Source: Thermoplasmata archaeon (lineage in GTDB: Archaea > Thermoplasmatota > E2 > JACPAO01 > JAHFTW01). Taken from it: 59,352 bases of DNA. Under the pieces are notes generated by a model. It was given only the letters and a program-made list of their open reading frames with translations. It searched no databases and had not been told where the DNA came from. Positions 1-8,815 of this stretch are shown piece after piece. The stretch is taken from contig JAXDQP010000023.1 in NCBI GenBank assembly GCA_034667745.1, positions 1 to 59,352 of the forward strand, in the 5' to 3' direction. Positions within the stretch are counted from its first letter, which is position 1. The number at the start of each line of letters is the position of its first letter. The position numbers and the translations under genes were made by a program.

Positions 1-3
1 TCG

Positions 4-837
4 CTACGCGGCCAACTTGCGCTTCATCAGGTGGATTGCCAGCATCGGGAACACGATGGCCGCCACGACGAGGTACAGGATGGGCAGCAGCGGCACCTCA
101 AGCGGCAGCCCCAGGGTCAGCGGCCGCACGATGAGCACCGCGTTGGTGAGGGGCAGCAGCTTTGCCACCAGTTGGGCGCCGGCCGGGAGTTGTGTCAGCG
201 GGAAGAAAGTCCCGGCGAACAGCATCATCGGTGTCATGAAGAGGTACATCGCGAACGAGAAGCCGTCGATGCCCTTGACGAGGGCGCTCCAGCACAGGCC
301 GATGCCGGCGAACCCCATCCCGACCAGGAGGGCGACCGGGATGATGAGCGGCAGCATCGCCCACGGCAGCAGGCCGAAGGCGGCGACGACGACGGCCATC
401 AGGAAGGCGTTGATGGCGCCCTTGATGGCGGCCCACACCAGCTCCCCGACCAGGATGTCGTCGAGCGTCATCGGCGTGGCGGTGATGGCCTCCCAGGTCT
501 TCTGGAACCACATCCGGATGAACGAGTTGTAGGTGGTCTCGCCGAAGCTGACCTGCATCATGGTGATGGCGATGATGCCGCCCGCCACGAACTGGCGGTA
601 GCTGATGCGGTGGCCGGCGCCGTCGTCGATGCCGCTGATGAGCGCGCCGACGCCGATGCCGATGGAGAGCAGGTAGAGCAGCGGCTCGACCAGGGGAGGG
701 ATGAAGTTGGTCTTCCAGGTCTTGAGGTAGACGTCGCGGTTGCGCTTCACCATCGACCAGGCGCCACGGAGGTCGATGTCCAACGGCGCGACCGGAGCCT
801 TCGTGTTGCCCTGCACGGGCGCGGGCCATTCGGCCAT
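4..837 (-). CDS. ABC-2 type transporter permease (NodJ-like)
   Basis: About six hydrophobic helices; motifs PLLYL, ATPM, FAGTFFPL, LPLTNAV typical of ABC-2 membrane domains; downstream of a cognate ATPase. Confidence 0.9.
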   Translation of the reverse strand: MAEWPAPVQGNTKAPVAPLDIDLRGAWSMVKRNRDVYLKTWKTNFIPPLVEPLLYLLSIGIGVGALISGIDDGAGHRISYRQFVAGGIIAITMMQVSFGETTYNSFIRMWFQKTWEAITATPMTLDDILVGELVWAAIKGAINAFLMAVVVAAFGLLPWAMLPLIIPVALLVGMGFAGIGLCWSALVKGIDGFSFAMYLFMTPMMLFAGTFFPLTQLPAGAQLVAKLLPLTNAVLIVRPLTLGLPLEVPLLPILYLVVAAIVFPMLAIHLMKRKLAA

Positions 838-925
838 CTAGGCGCCCCCGACCAAACCGCGGATGGCACGGATTCCGTGGAAACCCTGTCGTCGCCCATC
901 CGCGCAACCCGGGGTCTGGCGGCCG

Positions 926-1855
926 TCAGTCACGCAGCGCCCTCCCGGTGAGGCGGAGGAACACGTCCTCCAGGGTCGCGCGCCGCCGGATGACCTCCTT
1001 GACGCCGAGCCGCGCCTGCAGGTCGGGGATGGCGGCCACCGCCTTGTCGCCGTAGCCGACGACGCGGTCGGGCAGGCGCTCGAACGGGATGCCGGCGGCC
1101 TTGAGGGCGTCGGCGCAGCGGGCGACGGGGGCGCCGTCCTCGCTCCAGCCGGCGACGAACTCGACGGCCTCGCCTTGGGTGTGCTTCTGGATGAGCTCCT
1201 TGGGGGCGCCCTGCTCCAGGATGCGGCCCTGGTCCATGACGACGAGGGTGTCGCAGAGCTGCTCGGCCTCGTCCATGTAGTGCGTGGTCAGGAGGATGGT
1301 CTTGCCCTGCCGACGGAGGCTCCTGATTTTCTCCCAGATGGTGTGGCGCGCCTGCGGGTCGAGGCCGGTGGTGGGCTCGTCCAGGATGAGCATGTCCGGG
1401 TCGTTGACGAGGGCGCGCGCGACGGTGAGGCGCCGCTTCATGCCGCCGGACAGGGTTGGGATGAGGGCGTCCCGCTTGTCGGCGAGCTGCACGAACTCCA
1501 GCAGGCGGTCGGCGCGGGCGGTCGCCTCCTTGGCTGGGATGCGGAAGAAGCGCGCGTACACGGTGAGGTTCTTGTGGACGGTGAAGTCGGGGTCGAGGTT
1601 GTTCTCCTGCGGCACCACGCCCACGCGCGCCTTGACCTTGCGCGCCTGCTTCGTCGTGTCCATGCCCAGCACCTCGAGGCTGCCGCCGGTGGGCGTGCTC
1701 TGCGCCTGCATCATGCGGATGGTCGTCGTCTTACCAGCCCCGTTGGGGCCGAGCAGGCCGAAGCAGGTGCCGGTGGGGATGGCGAGCGTCACGCCGTTGA
1801 CCGCGTGCAGGTCGCCGAAGCTCTTGCGCAGGTCCCGGGCCACGACGGCGTCCAC
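926..1855 (-). CDS. ABC transporter ATP-binding protein (NodI/DrrA-like)
   Basis: Walker A GPNGAGKTT, signature LSGGMKRR, Walker B LILDEPTTGLD, C-terminal ATLEDVF. Confidence 0.95.
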   Translation of the reverse strand: MDAVVARDLRKSFGDLHAVNGVTLAIPTGTCFGLLGPNGAGKTTTIRMMQAQSTPTGGSLEVLGMDTTKQARKVKARVGVVPQENNLDPDFTVHKNLTVYARFFRIPAKEATARADRLLEFVQLADKRDALIPTLSGGMKRRLTVARALVNDPDMLILDEPTTGLDPQARHTIWEKIRSLRRQGKTILLTTHYMDEAEQLCDTLVVMDQGRILEQGAPKELIQKHTQGEAVEFVAGWSEDGAPVARCADALKAAGIPFERLPDRVVGYGDKAVAAIPDLQARLGVKEVIRRRATLEDVFLRLTGRALRD

Positions 1856-1938
1856 GCTGGGCGGACCGGGGGGTGGGTCTTGAACGTAGGCGCAGGGGTG
1901 CCCGCAACCTCCATCTCCCCCCGCAGGTCTGGAGCGCC

Positions 1939-3414
1939 ATGCACAAGCTCGCCGCCCTCCTGGTCGCCGTGCCCCTCCTGGCCGGCTGCCTCAGCCAGTC
2001 CGCCGACCTGGCCAAGCAGGCGGGGCAGGCGCTCTCGCTGGAGGGCGCGCTCTACGATGGCCTGGAGGCCAGGATTGGCGCCCCCATCGGCGAGGATGGC
2101 AACGTCCCCGGCGTGCCGGACCAGATCAACCTCGCGCGGCTGGCCACGCTCTCCGGCACCGAGGGGCGCACGCCGCAGCCGACGGAGGGCTACGTCGAGA
2201 CCGCGGTGAAGGGCGGCTACGCCTACCTGTGCCGCACCGGTCCCGACCAGGGCCTCGTCATCTTCGACGTGCACGACCTTGCGCACCCCAAGCAGGTCGG
2301 CTACCTCAACCTCGAGGCGGGCTTCGAGGCGGACGTCGAGGTCAGCGACGACGGCAAGTGGGCGTTCTGGGAGACGCAGCGTTTCCCGACCTCGGGCGAG
2401 ACCCCTGGCACCAGCCCGAACCCGGGCAGCGTCCTGATGCACGGCATCAGCATCATCGACATCTCCGACAAGGCCAACCCGCGCTGGGCAGGCTTCCAGC
2501 CCGTGACCCCGGACGGCCCGCACAGCATCACCTACGCCAACATCACGGGGCCTGACGGCGTCCACCGCCACATCCTCTTCGCGAGCGCCTACTCGTACGC
2601 CTACGTGCGCGCCAACGTGAACGTCCCGATGCAGCAGCGCGAGATCATCTACGAGCTGGACACCACCACCGCCCCCGGCGTCGCGACGCTGAAGGAGCTC
2701 TACACCTACACGGACCCCAACGCGGGCCAGCTCTCGCCCGTCAACCGCGACGAGGAGTTCCCGCACGACGTCACGGTCTCCGTCCACCCGCTGACGCACC
2801 GCACCTACGCCTACATCTCGTACTGGAACCTGGGCGTCGTCATCCTCGACGTCACCATCCCCTCCAACCCCGTCCGCGTCGGGCAGGCCATCGACTTCGG
2901 CGCCGCCCCCACCCGCGAAATCCACATGGCGCGCCAGTCCGAGGGCCTCATCGACGGCAAGGTCATCCTCGTGACGGAGCCCGAGATTGGCGCCCAGCCC
3001 ACGACGGGCTACATGTCGCACATCGATATCAGCGACCCGACCCACCCGGTCTTCCTGAGCAACTGGAAGATTCCCGGCAACGCCACGAGCGCCGGCGGCG
3101 GGCGCGGACCCCACTACTTCGACCTGCGCGAGGGCCGCGTCGCGATGGCGAGCTACTCGGCGGGCTTCTGGGTGTACGACATCCACGACCACGCCAACCT
3201 GCTGCGCCCGCGCACCGTGGCCTATGCCCTCGTGCAGCCCGGCGGCGGCGCGGGCCTGCCCGGTCCTCTCGCGGGGCTCGGCGGCGGCAGCGCGTTCGAC
3301 GCCTGGTGGGCCGACCGGACCCATGTCATCGGCTCCGACACCGGCAAGGGCCTCGTCGTGTTCGAGTACCTGGGCCCGGCGCCGCCCGTGGACGTCCCCG
3401 CGACCGTCTCCTAG
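1939..3414 (+). CDS. LVIVD-repeat beta-propeller lipoprotein
   Basis: ATG at 1939, lipobox LLAGC; repeats GLVIFDV, GISIIDISD, GVVILDVT, HIDISDP, FWVYDI. Confidence 0.8.
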   Translation: MHKLAALLVAVPLLAGCLSQSADLAKQAGQALSLEGALYDGLEARIGAPIGEDGNVPGVPDQINLARLATLSGTEGRTPQPTEGYVETAVKGGYAYLCRTGPDQGLVIFDVHDLAHPKQVGYLNLEAGFEADVEVSDDGKWAFWETQRFPTSGETPGTSPNPGSVLMHGISIIDISDKANPRWAGFQPVTPDGPHSITYANITGPDGVHRHILFASAYSYAYVRANVNVPMQQREIIYELDTTTAPGVATLKELYTYTDPNAGQLSPVNRDEEFPHDVTVSVHPLTHRTYAYISYWNLGVVILDVTIPSNPVRVGQAIDFGAAPTREIHMARQSEGLIDGKVILVTEPEIGAQPTTGYMSHIDISDPTHPVFLSNWKIPGNATSAGGGRGPHYFDLREGRVAMASYSAGFWVYDIHDHANLLRPRTVAYALVQPGGGAGLPGPLAGLGGGSAFDAWWADRTHVIGSDTGKGLVVFEYLGPAPPVDVPATVS

Positions 3415-4286
3415 CCCGGCACGTTGCGGTCCAGGGTGGCGTGGAAGTCCGCCAGCAGCCGCGCCCCGGCCGCGCCTCCTTCCGAGCGGGCCGCCTGCGC
3501 CAGCCGCATCCTGAGCTCGGCCACGGTCCCGGCCGTCAACGCCACGCGGTTGTGTGCCACGGCCAAGGGATAGGGATAGCCGACATACACCGCGTCACGG
3601 CTGAGGGGCACGAGCGCCGCAACCCAGTCCGGCTCCCCCGCATCGACGCGGAAGGCGTGCGGGGCGAGCGGATGCAGCTTGGCAACGTGGACGCCCGGCT
3701 CGACCTCGGCGCGCCACGGCCCGGCGGGCCCGACGCCGTGGAGGTGGGGCACGAGCGGCACGCCGTCGCGCTCCAGGGCGCTGCGCTTGGCCACCGCCAT
3801 GAGGCGCACGCCGTGCCCGGTCGCCAGCTTCTGGAGGCAGTCGGCCATCTGCTGCGCGCCGGGGGGAAGGCCGACGAGGGCGCCGTCCAGCAGGACGATG
3901 CCGGCGGGCGGGGCGCTGGCGATGGCGGACTGGGCTGCCTCGAACTCCCGCAGCGCCCGCCACGCCTCGGCCCAGGCGGTCGCCGTCGCGGCGCGGGGCG
4001 GGTCGAGGCCGTGCGCGAGGTAGGCCGCCGAGATGCCGTCCTGCGCCTCCTGGGCTTTTGCGGCGTGAATCTCCGGCTCGGCCGCCAGCGACGGGCCGGG
4101 CCAGGTGACGGCGGCCGCGCGGGTGGCGACCACCCAGACGGAGCCGTTGTCGACCAGGACCGCGTGGCTGCCATCGACCGCGGCGACCGGGCCGGGCTCG
4201 GCTGCGGCCAAGGGGACGAAGACGGCGGACGGCAAGACAGCGGGCTGCGCACCCAGCAGGAGCCGCACCGCCGACGCCGCGTCCAC
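3411..4286 (-). CDS. nurA: NurA-family 5'-3' nuclease
   Basis: Motifs AAVDGS, LLDGAL, AVAKRS and C-terminal GYPYPLAVAH match NurA. Confidence 0.8.
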   Translation of the reverse strand: MDAASAVRLLLGAQPAVLPSAVFVPLAAAEPGPVAAVDGSHAVLVDNGSVWVVATRAAAVTWPGPSLAAEPEIHAAKAQEAQDGISAAYLAHGLDPPRAATATAWAEAWRALREFEAAQSAIASAPPAGIVLLDGALVGLPPGAQQMADCLQKLATGHGVRLMAVAKRSALERDGVPLVPHLHGVGPAGPWRAEVEPGVHVAKLHPLAPHAFRVDAGEPDWVAALVPLSRDAVYVGYPYPLAVAHNRVALTAGTVAELRMRLAQAARSEGGAAGARLLADFHATLDRNVPG

Positions 4287-4381
4287 GCCCAGCCCAGCGG
4301 GCCGGGCCTCTTCCGGTTTTGGGCAGCGTCGCGCACACCACTCGAAGGGTCTATTTCCTGTCGAGCGGGTCCACGGCCGGG

Positions 4382-5623
4382 ATGCACATGGGGACGGTCG
4401 TCCACCTGCTGGAGCACTTGCTGGGCCGCCACGGCCACACCGTCAGCCTGGACACCGACCTGGAGGGGCGCAGCGGCGCCATCTACACCGTGCCTTTGCT
4501 GGCCGAGCGCGAGTCCGCCATCCTCGTTACCGGCCACCTCGAGCCGACCCCCCTCACCGCCGAGCGCGTCGCCGCCTTCGCCGACACCGTTGCCGACACC
4601 GGCGCCGCCGTGGGCGTCCTCGTCCACCTCGGCCCCGTTGAGGCCGGCGCCGCAGCCGCAGGGCAAGGCCTCGTCGCCCTGTGGAGCCGCGACCAGCTTG
4701 TCCGCCTCCTGGGCGAGACCGAACTCTGCGAAGCCCTCGGCCACGACCTGCCGGACCTGCCGCTGGAGGCCACCCGCGCCGTGCGCGGCCCCGCCGTGGC
4801 GGAATCCATCTCGGACCTCCTGCCGCAGGCCTTCAACGAGCCCGAGCCGCAGTTGGATATCACCGGCCTGGACCTGGGCGCCCTCGTCGCGGAAGCCGCC
4901 ACCGCCCCGCCACCGGCCCACCTGCCGCCGCCCACCCGCAGCCTGCATCCCGCTCCTGCTGCGCCTGCATACGCGCCCCCTCTTCCTCCTCCCACGCCGG
5001 TCGCTCCCCTTCCGCCGCCACCGCCGCCCCGCCCGATGGCGAGCCGGCCGCTGCTGCCGGTACGCGTCACCGAGCAGGACGCCCGCCGCAAGGTCAAGGA
5101 CAAGCTGTTTGGCATCGAGCGCGTCGAGCTGCTGCTCCAGCCCGTCCACCTCTTCGACTACGAGTGCGACCAGCTCAAGGAGGGCTCGCTCGCCTACGAC
5201 ACCCTCGACGGCCGCGTGCAGGTCAACGCCAGCGACAAGACGCTGCTGGACGTGGACCCCGACGTCGCCAACCCCGACGCGCCCACCCTCCTGGCGGCCA
5301 ACCACGGCCTGCCCGTCGTCGAGCGCGTGGTGCGCATCCCCGAGGACCGCGCCCTGGAGCTGGCGCGCCAGCACGTCACCCGCAAGCACGTGCGCAGCGT
5401 CGAGGTGCGGGTGCCCGACCACCACAACTCGCTCATGTACACCGAGCGGCGCAAGGTGGAGCCGACGCCGGACCAGGTCCGCCTCCGCCCGCTGGGCATC
5501 CACTTCCGGCCGGTGTGGCGGATGCTGGGCCGCAACGGCCAGATCGACCTTGACGCGCTGGACGGCCGCGAGGTCTTCAGCGAGGTGCGCGGCGGCCGCA
5601 CCGACGCCATGGTCGTGGACTAG
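4382..5623 (+). CDS. Mrr-like restriction-endonuclease-fold protein (catalytic residues apparently lost) with Pro-rich linker and unknown C-terminal domain
   Basis: N-terminal LEGRSG..., V..F...V, LWSRDQL pattern of Mrr_cat-like domains; PPPP linker; start could be 4382 or 4388. Confidence 0.55.
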   Translation: MHMGTVVHLLEHLLGRHGHTVSLDTDLEGRSGAIYTVPLLAERESAILVTGHLEPTPLTAERVAAFADTVADTGAAVGVLVHLGPVEAGAAAAGQGLVALWSRDQLVRLLGETELCEALGHDLPDLPLEATRAVRGPAVAESISDLLPQAFNEPEPQLDITGLDLGALVAEAATAPPPAHLPPPTRSLHPAPAAPAYAPPLPPPTPVAPLPPPPPPRPMASRPLLPVRVTEQDARRKVKDKLFGIERVELLLQPVHLFDYECDQLKEGSLAYDTLDGRVQVNASDKTLLDVDPDVANPDAPTLLAANHGLPVVERVVRIPEDRALELARQHVTRKHVRSVEVRVPDHHNSLMYTERRKVEPTPDQVRLRPLGIHFRPVWRMLGRNGQIDLDALDGREVFSEVRGGRTDAMVVD

Positions 5624-5790
5624 TCCAGGCTGAGCTTGACCTTGCGCAGCTTGACTTCTTCGCCCACCACGACGAAGGCGACGTGGTCGCCCTGCTTCAC
5701 GTGCAATGCGTCCGCCACGTTCTTCGGGAGAACGACGCGCATGTGCTGGTCCACCAGCCGCGGATTGATGCCTTGGACGCCTCGTGCCAT
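5620..5790 (-). CDS. AbrB/MazE/SpoVT-family DNA-binding protein (56 aa)
   Basis: VDQHMRVVLPKNVADALHVKQGDHVAF swapped-hairpin signature; ATG preceded by a G-rich SD-like run. Confidence 0.85.
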   Translation of the reverse strand: MARGVQGINPRLVDQHMRVVLPKNVADALHVKQGDHVAFVVVGEEVKLRKVKLSLD

Positions 5791-5862
5791 GGTCCCCCCA
5801 AATGGGTAAGGGGGACATTCAATCTCACAGTAAATTGGAATCGTGCTAGTTGAGCGAATTAC

Positions 5863-5876
5863 CATAAAATTTTATG
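5863..5876. promoter_or_regulatory. Perfect 14-bp AT-rich palindrome CATAAAATTTTATG upstream of the AbrB gene (candidate operator/TATA)
   Basis: Directly visible palindrome in an AT-rich intergenic stretch. Confidence 0.4.
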
Positions 5877-6093
5877 AATGCCGCCGCGCGGGTTTTCCGG
5901 GTTTCCCCGGGGAGGGCGAAACCTGTGGCGAGGACACGGAAGGATAGCTGCTCCAAATCCAGGAGGAGACGGGCAGAATTTGACCTCTGCATTCTCCCGG
6001 CGCCGGACGAATGTTTCCGGCCGCTTCAATCGCCCAAAATGGCATCTAAATTCTTGACTAAAAACCCAGATAATTGTTCTAGGGGTTTCTAGG

Positions 6094-6732
6094 CTAAGGC
6101 CGCAAGGTCCACAGGACGCCCCTGCCGCGGGGTTCGACGTTCTCGACGTGCAGGCGGCGGCCAATCATGCTCGGGCGGCCGTCGAAGATGCTCGGTCCGG
6201 TCCCGCCGACGAGCACCGGCGCCTGGTAGAGCGTCCACTGGTCCACCAGGTCCGAGTTGAGGAACGCGCGCAGCACCTGGGCGCCCCCCTCCACCAGCAC
6301 CGAGCGCACGCCGCGGGCGTGCAGGAGCGCCATCGCCTCGGGCAGGCGGATGTGGCCGTGCTCGTCGAGCGGGACCTCCGCGTGCTGCGCGTGCGCCCAC
6401 GTGGCGCGGACGCCGGGGCCGTGCAGGATGAGCGTCGGCGCGCTGGCATCCACCACGCGGGCGGCGCGGGGGGTGCGTCCCCGGGCGTCCAAGACGACGC
6501 GCAGCAGCTTGCGCGTGGGGGAGATGGGCGCCAACTCCTCCTTCACCTTCAGGCTGGGGTCGTCCTTGAGGATGGTGCCGACGCCGACCAGGATGGCGTC
6601 GCTGCTGGCGCGCAGGTGGTGCACGCGGCGCCAGTCGGCCTCGTCGGAGAGCGGCAGGCTCTGGCCGTCCGGCGCGGCGAGCTTGCCGTCGAGGCTGGAG
6701 GCGCAGTTGAGGAGCACCTTGGGCCGGGCCAC
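6094..6732 (-). CDS. ribD: RibD C-terminal-domain reductase (2,5-diamino-6-ribosylamino-pyrimidinone 5'-phosphate reductase-like)
   Basis: ASSLDGK, HHLRASSDAILVGVGTILKDDPSL, LVEGG, APVLVGG; GTG start just over 20 nt from the CTTAAG box. Confidence 0.9.
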   Translation of the reverse strand: MARPKVLLNCASSLDGKLAAPDGQSLPLSDEADWRRVHHLRASSDAILVGVGTILKDDPSLKVKEELAPISPTRKLLRVVLDARGRTPRAARVVDASAPTLILHGPGVRATWAHAQHAEVPLDEHGHIRLPEAMALLHARGVRSVLVEGGAQVLRAFLNSDLVDQWTLYQAPVLVGGTGPSIFDGRPSMIGRRLHVENVEPRGRGVLWTLRP

Positions 6733-6753
6733 GCGCCCCGTATGGGGAATCGG

Positions 6754-6759
6754 CTTAAG
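6754..6759. promoter_or_regulatory. Palindromic TATA-like box CTTAAG, probably shared by the divergent ribD and traB genes
   Basis: Lies about 22-23 nt from both inferred start codons (6732 on -, 6782 on +). Confidence 0.45.
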
Positions 6760-6781
6760 GCCCGCGCCCGTGGGCGAACCT

Positions 6782-7624
6782 GTGCCCGCCGCGCCTGTCC
6801 CTGGAGCCCCCCCTCCGGCAGCGGCAACGCCTGGGACTCCCCCTTCTGGCCCGGCTCCGGCCGCCGGGGCCGCACCGCAGTTGACGCTGATTGGCGCCGG
6901 GCACGTCTTCCGCATCGAGGAGACGATTGCGCAGGCCATCCACGCCCTGCGGCCCGACATCGTGTTCGTGGAGCTGGACCCCGGGCGGCTGAACGCCCTG
7001 CTGGAGCGGCAGCGCACCGGCAAGATGCCCGAAGGCGGCGCCGGGTTCGTTCACAAGCGCTTGGCGGCGTTCCAGAAGGACGTCGCGGGGATGTACGGGG
7101 CGGACGTCGGCGGCGAGATGCTGGCGGCGGTGCAGGCGGGGCAGGCCGTCGGCGCGCGCGTGGCCCTCGTGGACGACCCGGCCGAGCAGACGCTGGCGCG
7201 TGCCCTGAAGGAGGTCACCCTGCGCGAGAAGCTGCGCGCCGGGGGCCTGTTCCTCGCGAGCGTGGCCAAGTCGCTGCTGCCCAGGCGCGACGCGAAGGCC
7301 GAGGTGGAGGCGGAGCTGAAGCGCTACCAGGACGACCCCGCCGCCGTCCTGGAGCAGGTGCGCCGCCAGTTCCCGACCGTCCACCGCGTCCTCATCGCCG
7401 AGCGCGACCAGCGCATGGCGCAGCGCATCCGGCAGCACATGGCGGGGGCGCGGCACGGCGTGGCGGTGCTGGGGGACGGCCACCTGAACGGGATGCTGCC
7501 CCTGCTGGCCGACCTGAAGCCGACGGTCTATCGCCTGCCCGACGTGCGGGAGGGGCGGCTGCCGCGCGGCCTCGTCGCCACCGGGACGCCGGAGCGGGTC
7601 GGGTTCACGTTCCGCTACGGATAG
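6782..7624 (+). CDS. TraB/PrgY/GumN-family protein
   Basis: LIGAGHV, VFVELDPGR, GGEMLAA, LIAERDQRMA, VLGDGHL motifs; start uncertain (6770 or 6782). Confidence 0.85.
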   Translation: MPAAPVPGAPPPAAATPGTPPSGPAPAAGAAPQLTLIGAGHVFRIEETIAQAIHALRPDIVFVELDPGRLNALLERQRTGKMPEGGAGFVHKRLAAFQKDVAGMYGADVGGEMLAAVQAGQAVGARVALVDDPAEQTLARALKEVTLREKLRAGGLFLASVAKSLLPRRDAKAEVEAELKRYQDDPAAVLEQVRRQFPTVHRVLIAERDQRMAQRIRQHMAGARHGVAVLGDGHLNGMLPLLADLKPTVYRLPDVREGRLPRGLVATGTPERVGFTFRYG

Positions 7625-7685
7625 CCCTGGGCTCCGGCCGGCGGCGACCAGAACGCCTATGTTGGCCCCAGGGTGGTGGAGAGCG

Positions 7686-8768
7686 ATGCGCAAAGCCCTC
7701 GCGCTGCTCGCCCTCGTCCCGCTGCTGGCGGGCTGCATCTCCGGCAAGGCCCCCGTGACGGTCCCCGCGTTCCCCGTCGAGGCGCCCAAGGTGGACGCCG
7801 CGGCAGTCCTCAGCGACCTCGCGCAGTGGAGCGCGGCGCACCCGCTGCGCGTCAACAACCAGCCCGACCACGAGAACGCCCGCCTTGCGTTGGCGGCGCA
7901 GTTCCGCTCCTACGGCCTCGACGTGTGGCGGCAGGACTTCACCGCCGGCATCCCGCAGGCGAACATCGTGGGCATCAAGTGGGGCGAGGCGCGCGGCGAG
8001 TGGGTCGTCGTCGGCGCCCACTACGACGTGGTGCCCACCCCCGGCTGCGTCAACCCGCCCGCGCAGACCGGCCAGGGCCAGCAGTGCGCGCCCGGCTCCG
8101 CGGGCAGCGTGGTGACGCACGGCACCTACGACGACGGCTCCGGCACGATGCTGATGATGCACCTGGCCCAAGCGTACGCGAAGGTGCCGACGCGCTACTC
8201 CATCGCCTTCGCCGCCTTCGACGGCGAGGAGCGGGGCCTGCAGGGCTCGCGCAACTTTACCGAGTCCATCGTGGACGGCGCCACGCCCTACGCCAACGTG
8301 ACGGTGCGCGCGATGCTGGACCTCGACATGTTCGGCCTCAACTGGCCGGGCGTCGACTCCCCCATCTACTTCGACGACAACTCGCCGGAGCTGAAGGCGA
8401 CGGTCAAGGCGATGGTGGCGAGGCTGCACATGCCTCAGGACATGATTCTCTACCAGGGCATCGGCCTGGGCCGCAGCGACTACGACTCCTTCTTCAACAT
8501 CGGGGTGCCGACGGGGTTCTTCATCTCCGATTTCGAGCGCTACCAACTGCCCGCCGACGCGCCCGCGAACATGCCGGACCTCCCGGTGCAGCAGGCGAAG
8601 CAGGCCTACCCGTTCTGGCACCGCGAGGACACCTACGAGACGATGCGCCTGATGGCGGGCTCCGACGCGGACCTCCAGTCCGGATTCCAGACCGCCGCCG
8701 ACCTGTCGTCGGGGCTGCTGTTCCGCATGGCCATCGACCCGGCGCCGCTGACCACCGTCCAGCGGTGA
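7686..8768 (+). CDS. M28-family aminopeptidase, lipoprotein
   Basis: Lipobox LLAGC; GAHYD, GTYDDGSG, FDGEERGLQGS, LDLDM, RSD, FWH metal-binding motifs. Confidence 0.9.
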   Translation: MRKALALLALVPLLAGCISGKAPVTVPAFPVEAPKVDAAAVLSDLAQWSAAHPLRVNNQPDHENARLALAAQFRSYGLDVWRQDFTAGIPQANIVGIKWGEARGEWVVVGAHYDVVPTPGCVNPPAQTGQGQQCAPGSAGSVVTHGTYDDGSGTMLMMHLAQAYAKVPTRYSIAFAAFDGEERGLQGSRNFTESIVDGATPYANVTVRAMLDLDMFGLNWPGVDSPIYFDDNSPELKATVKAMVARLHMPQDMILYQGIGLGRSDYDSFFNIGVPTGFFISDFERYQLPADAPANMPDLPVQQAKQAYPFWHREDTYETMRLMAGSDADLQSGFQTAADLSSGLLFRMAIDPAPLTTVQR

Positions 8769-8815
8769 GGGGAACCTCCCACAACCCTGAAGTGGTTCCT
8801 GGCCTCGCATCGGGC

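Noticed and set aside
5620-5790. Type II toxin-antitoxin operon
   Set aside because: No co-oriented PIN/MazF toxin downstream; the next gene is convergent
5800-6090. Replication origin in the AT-rich intergenic regions (also 56790-57010)
   Set aside because: No convincing repeated ORB consensus and no adjacent cdc6/orc1
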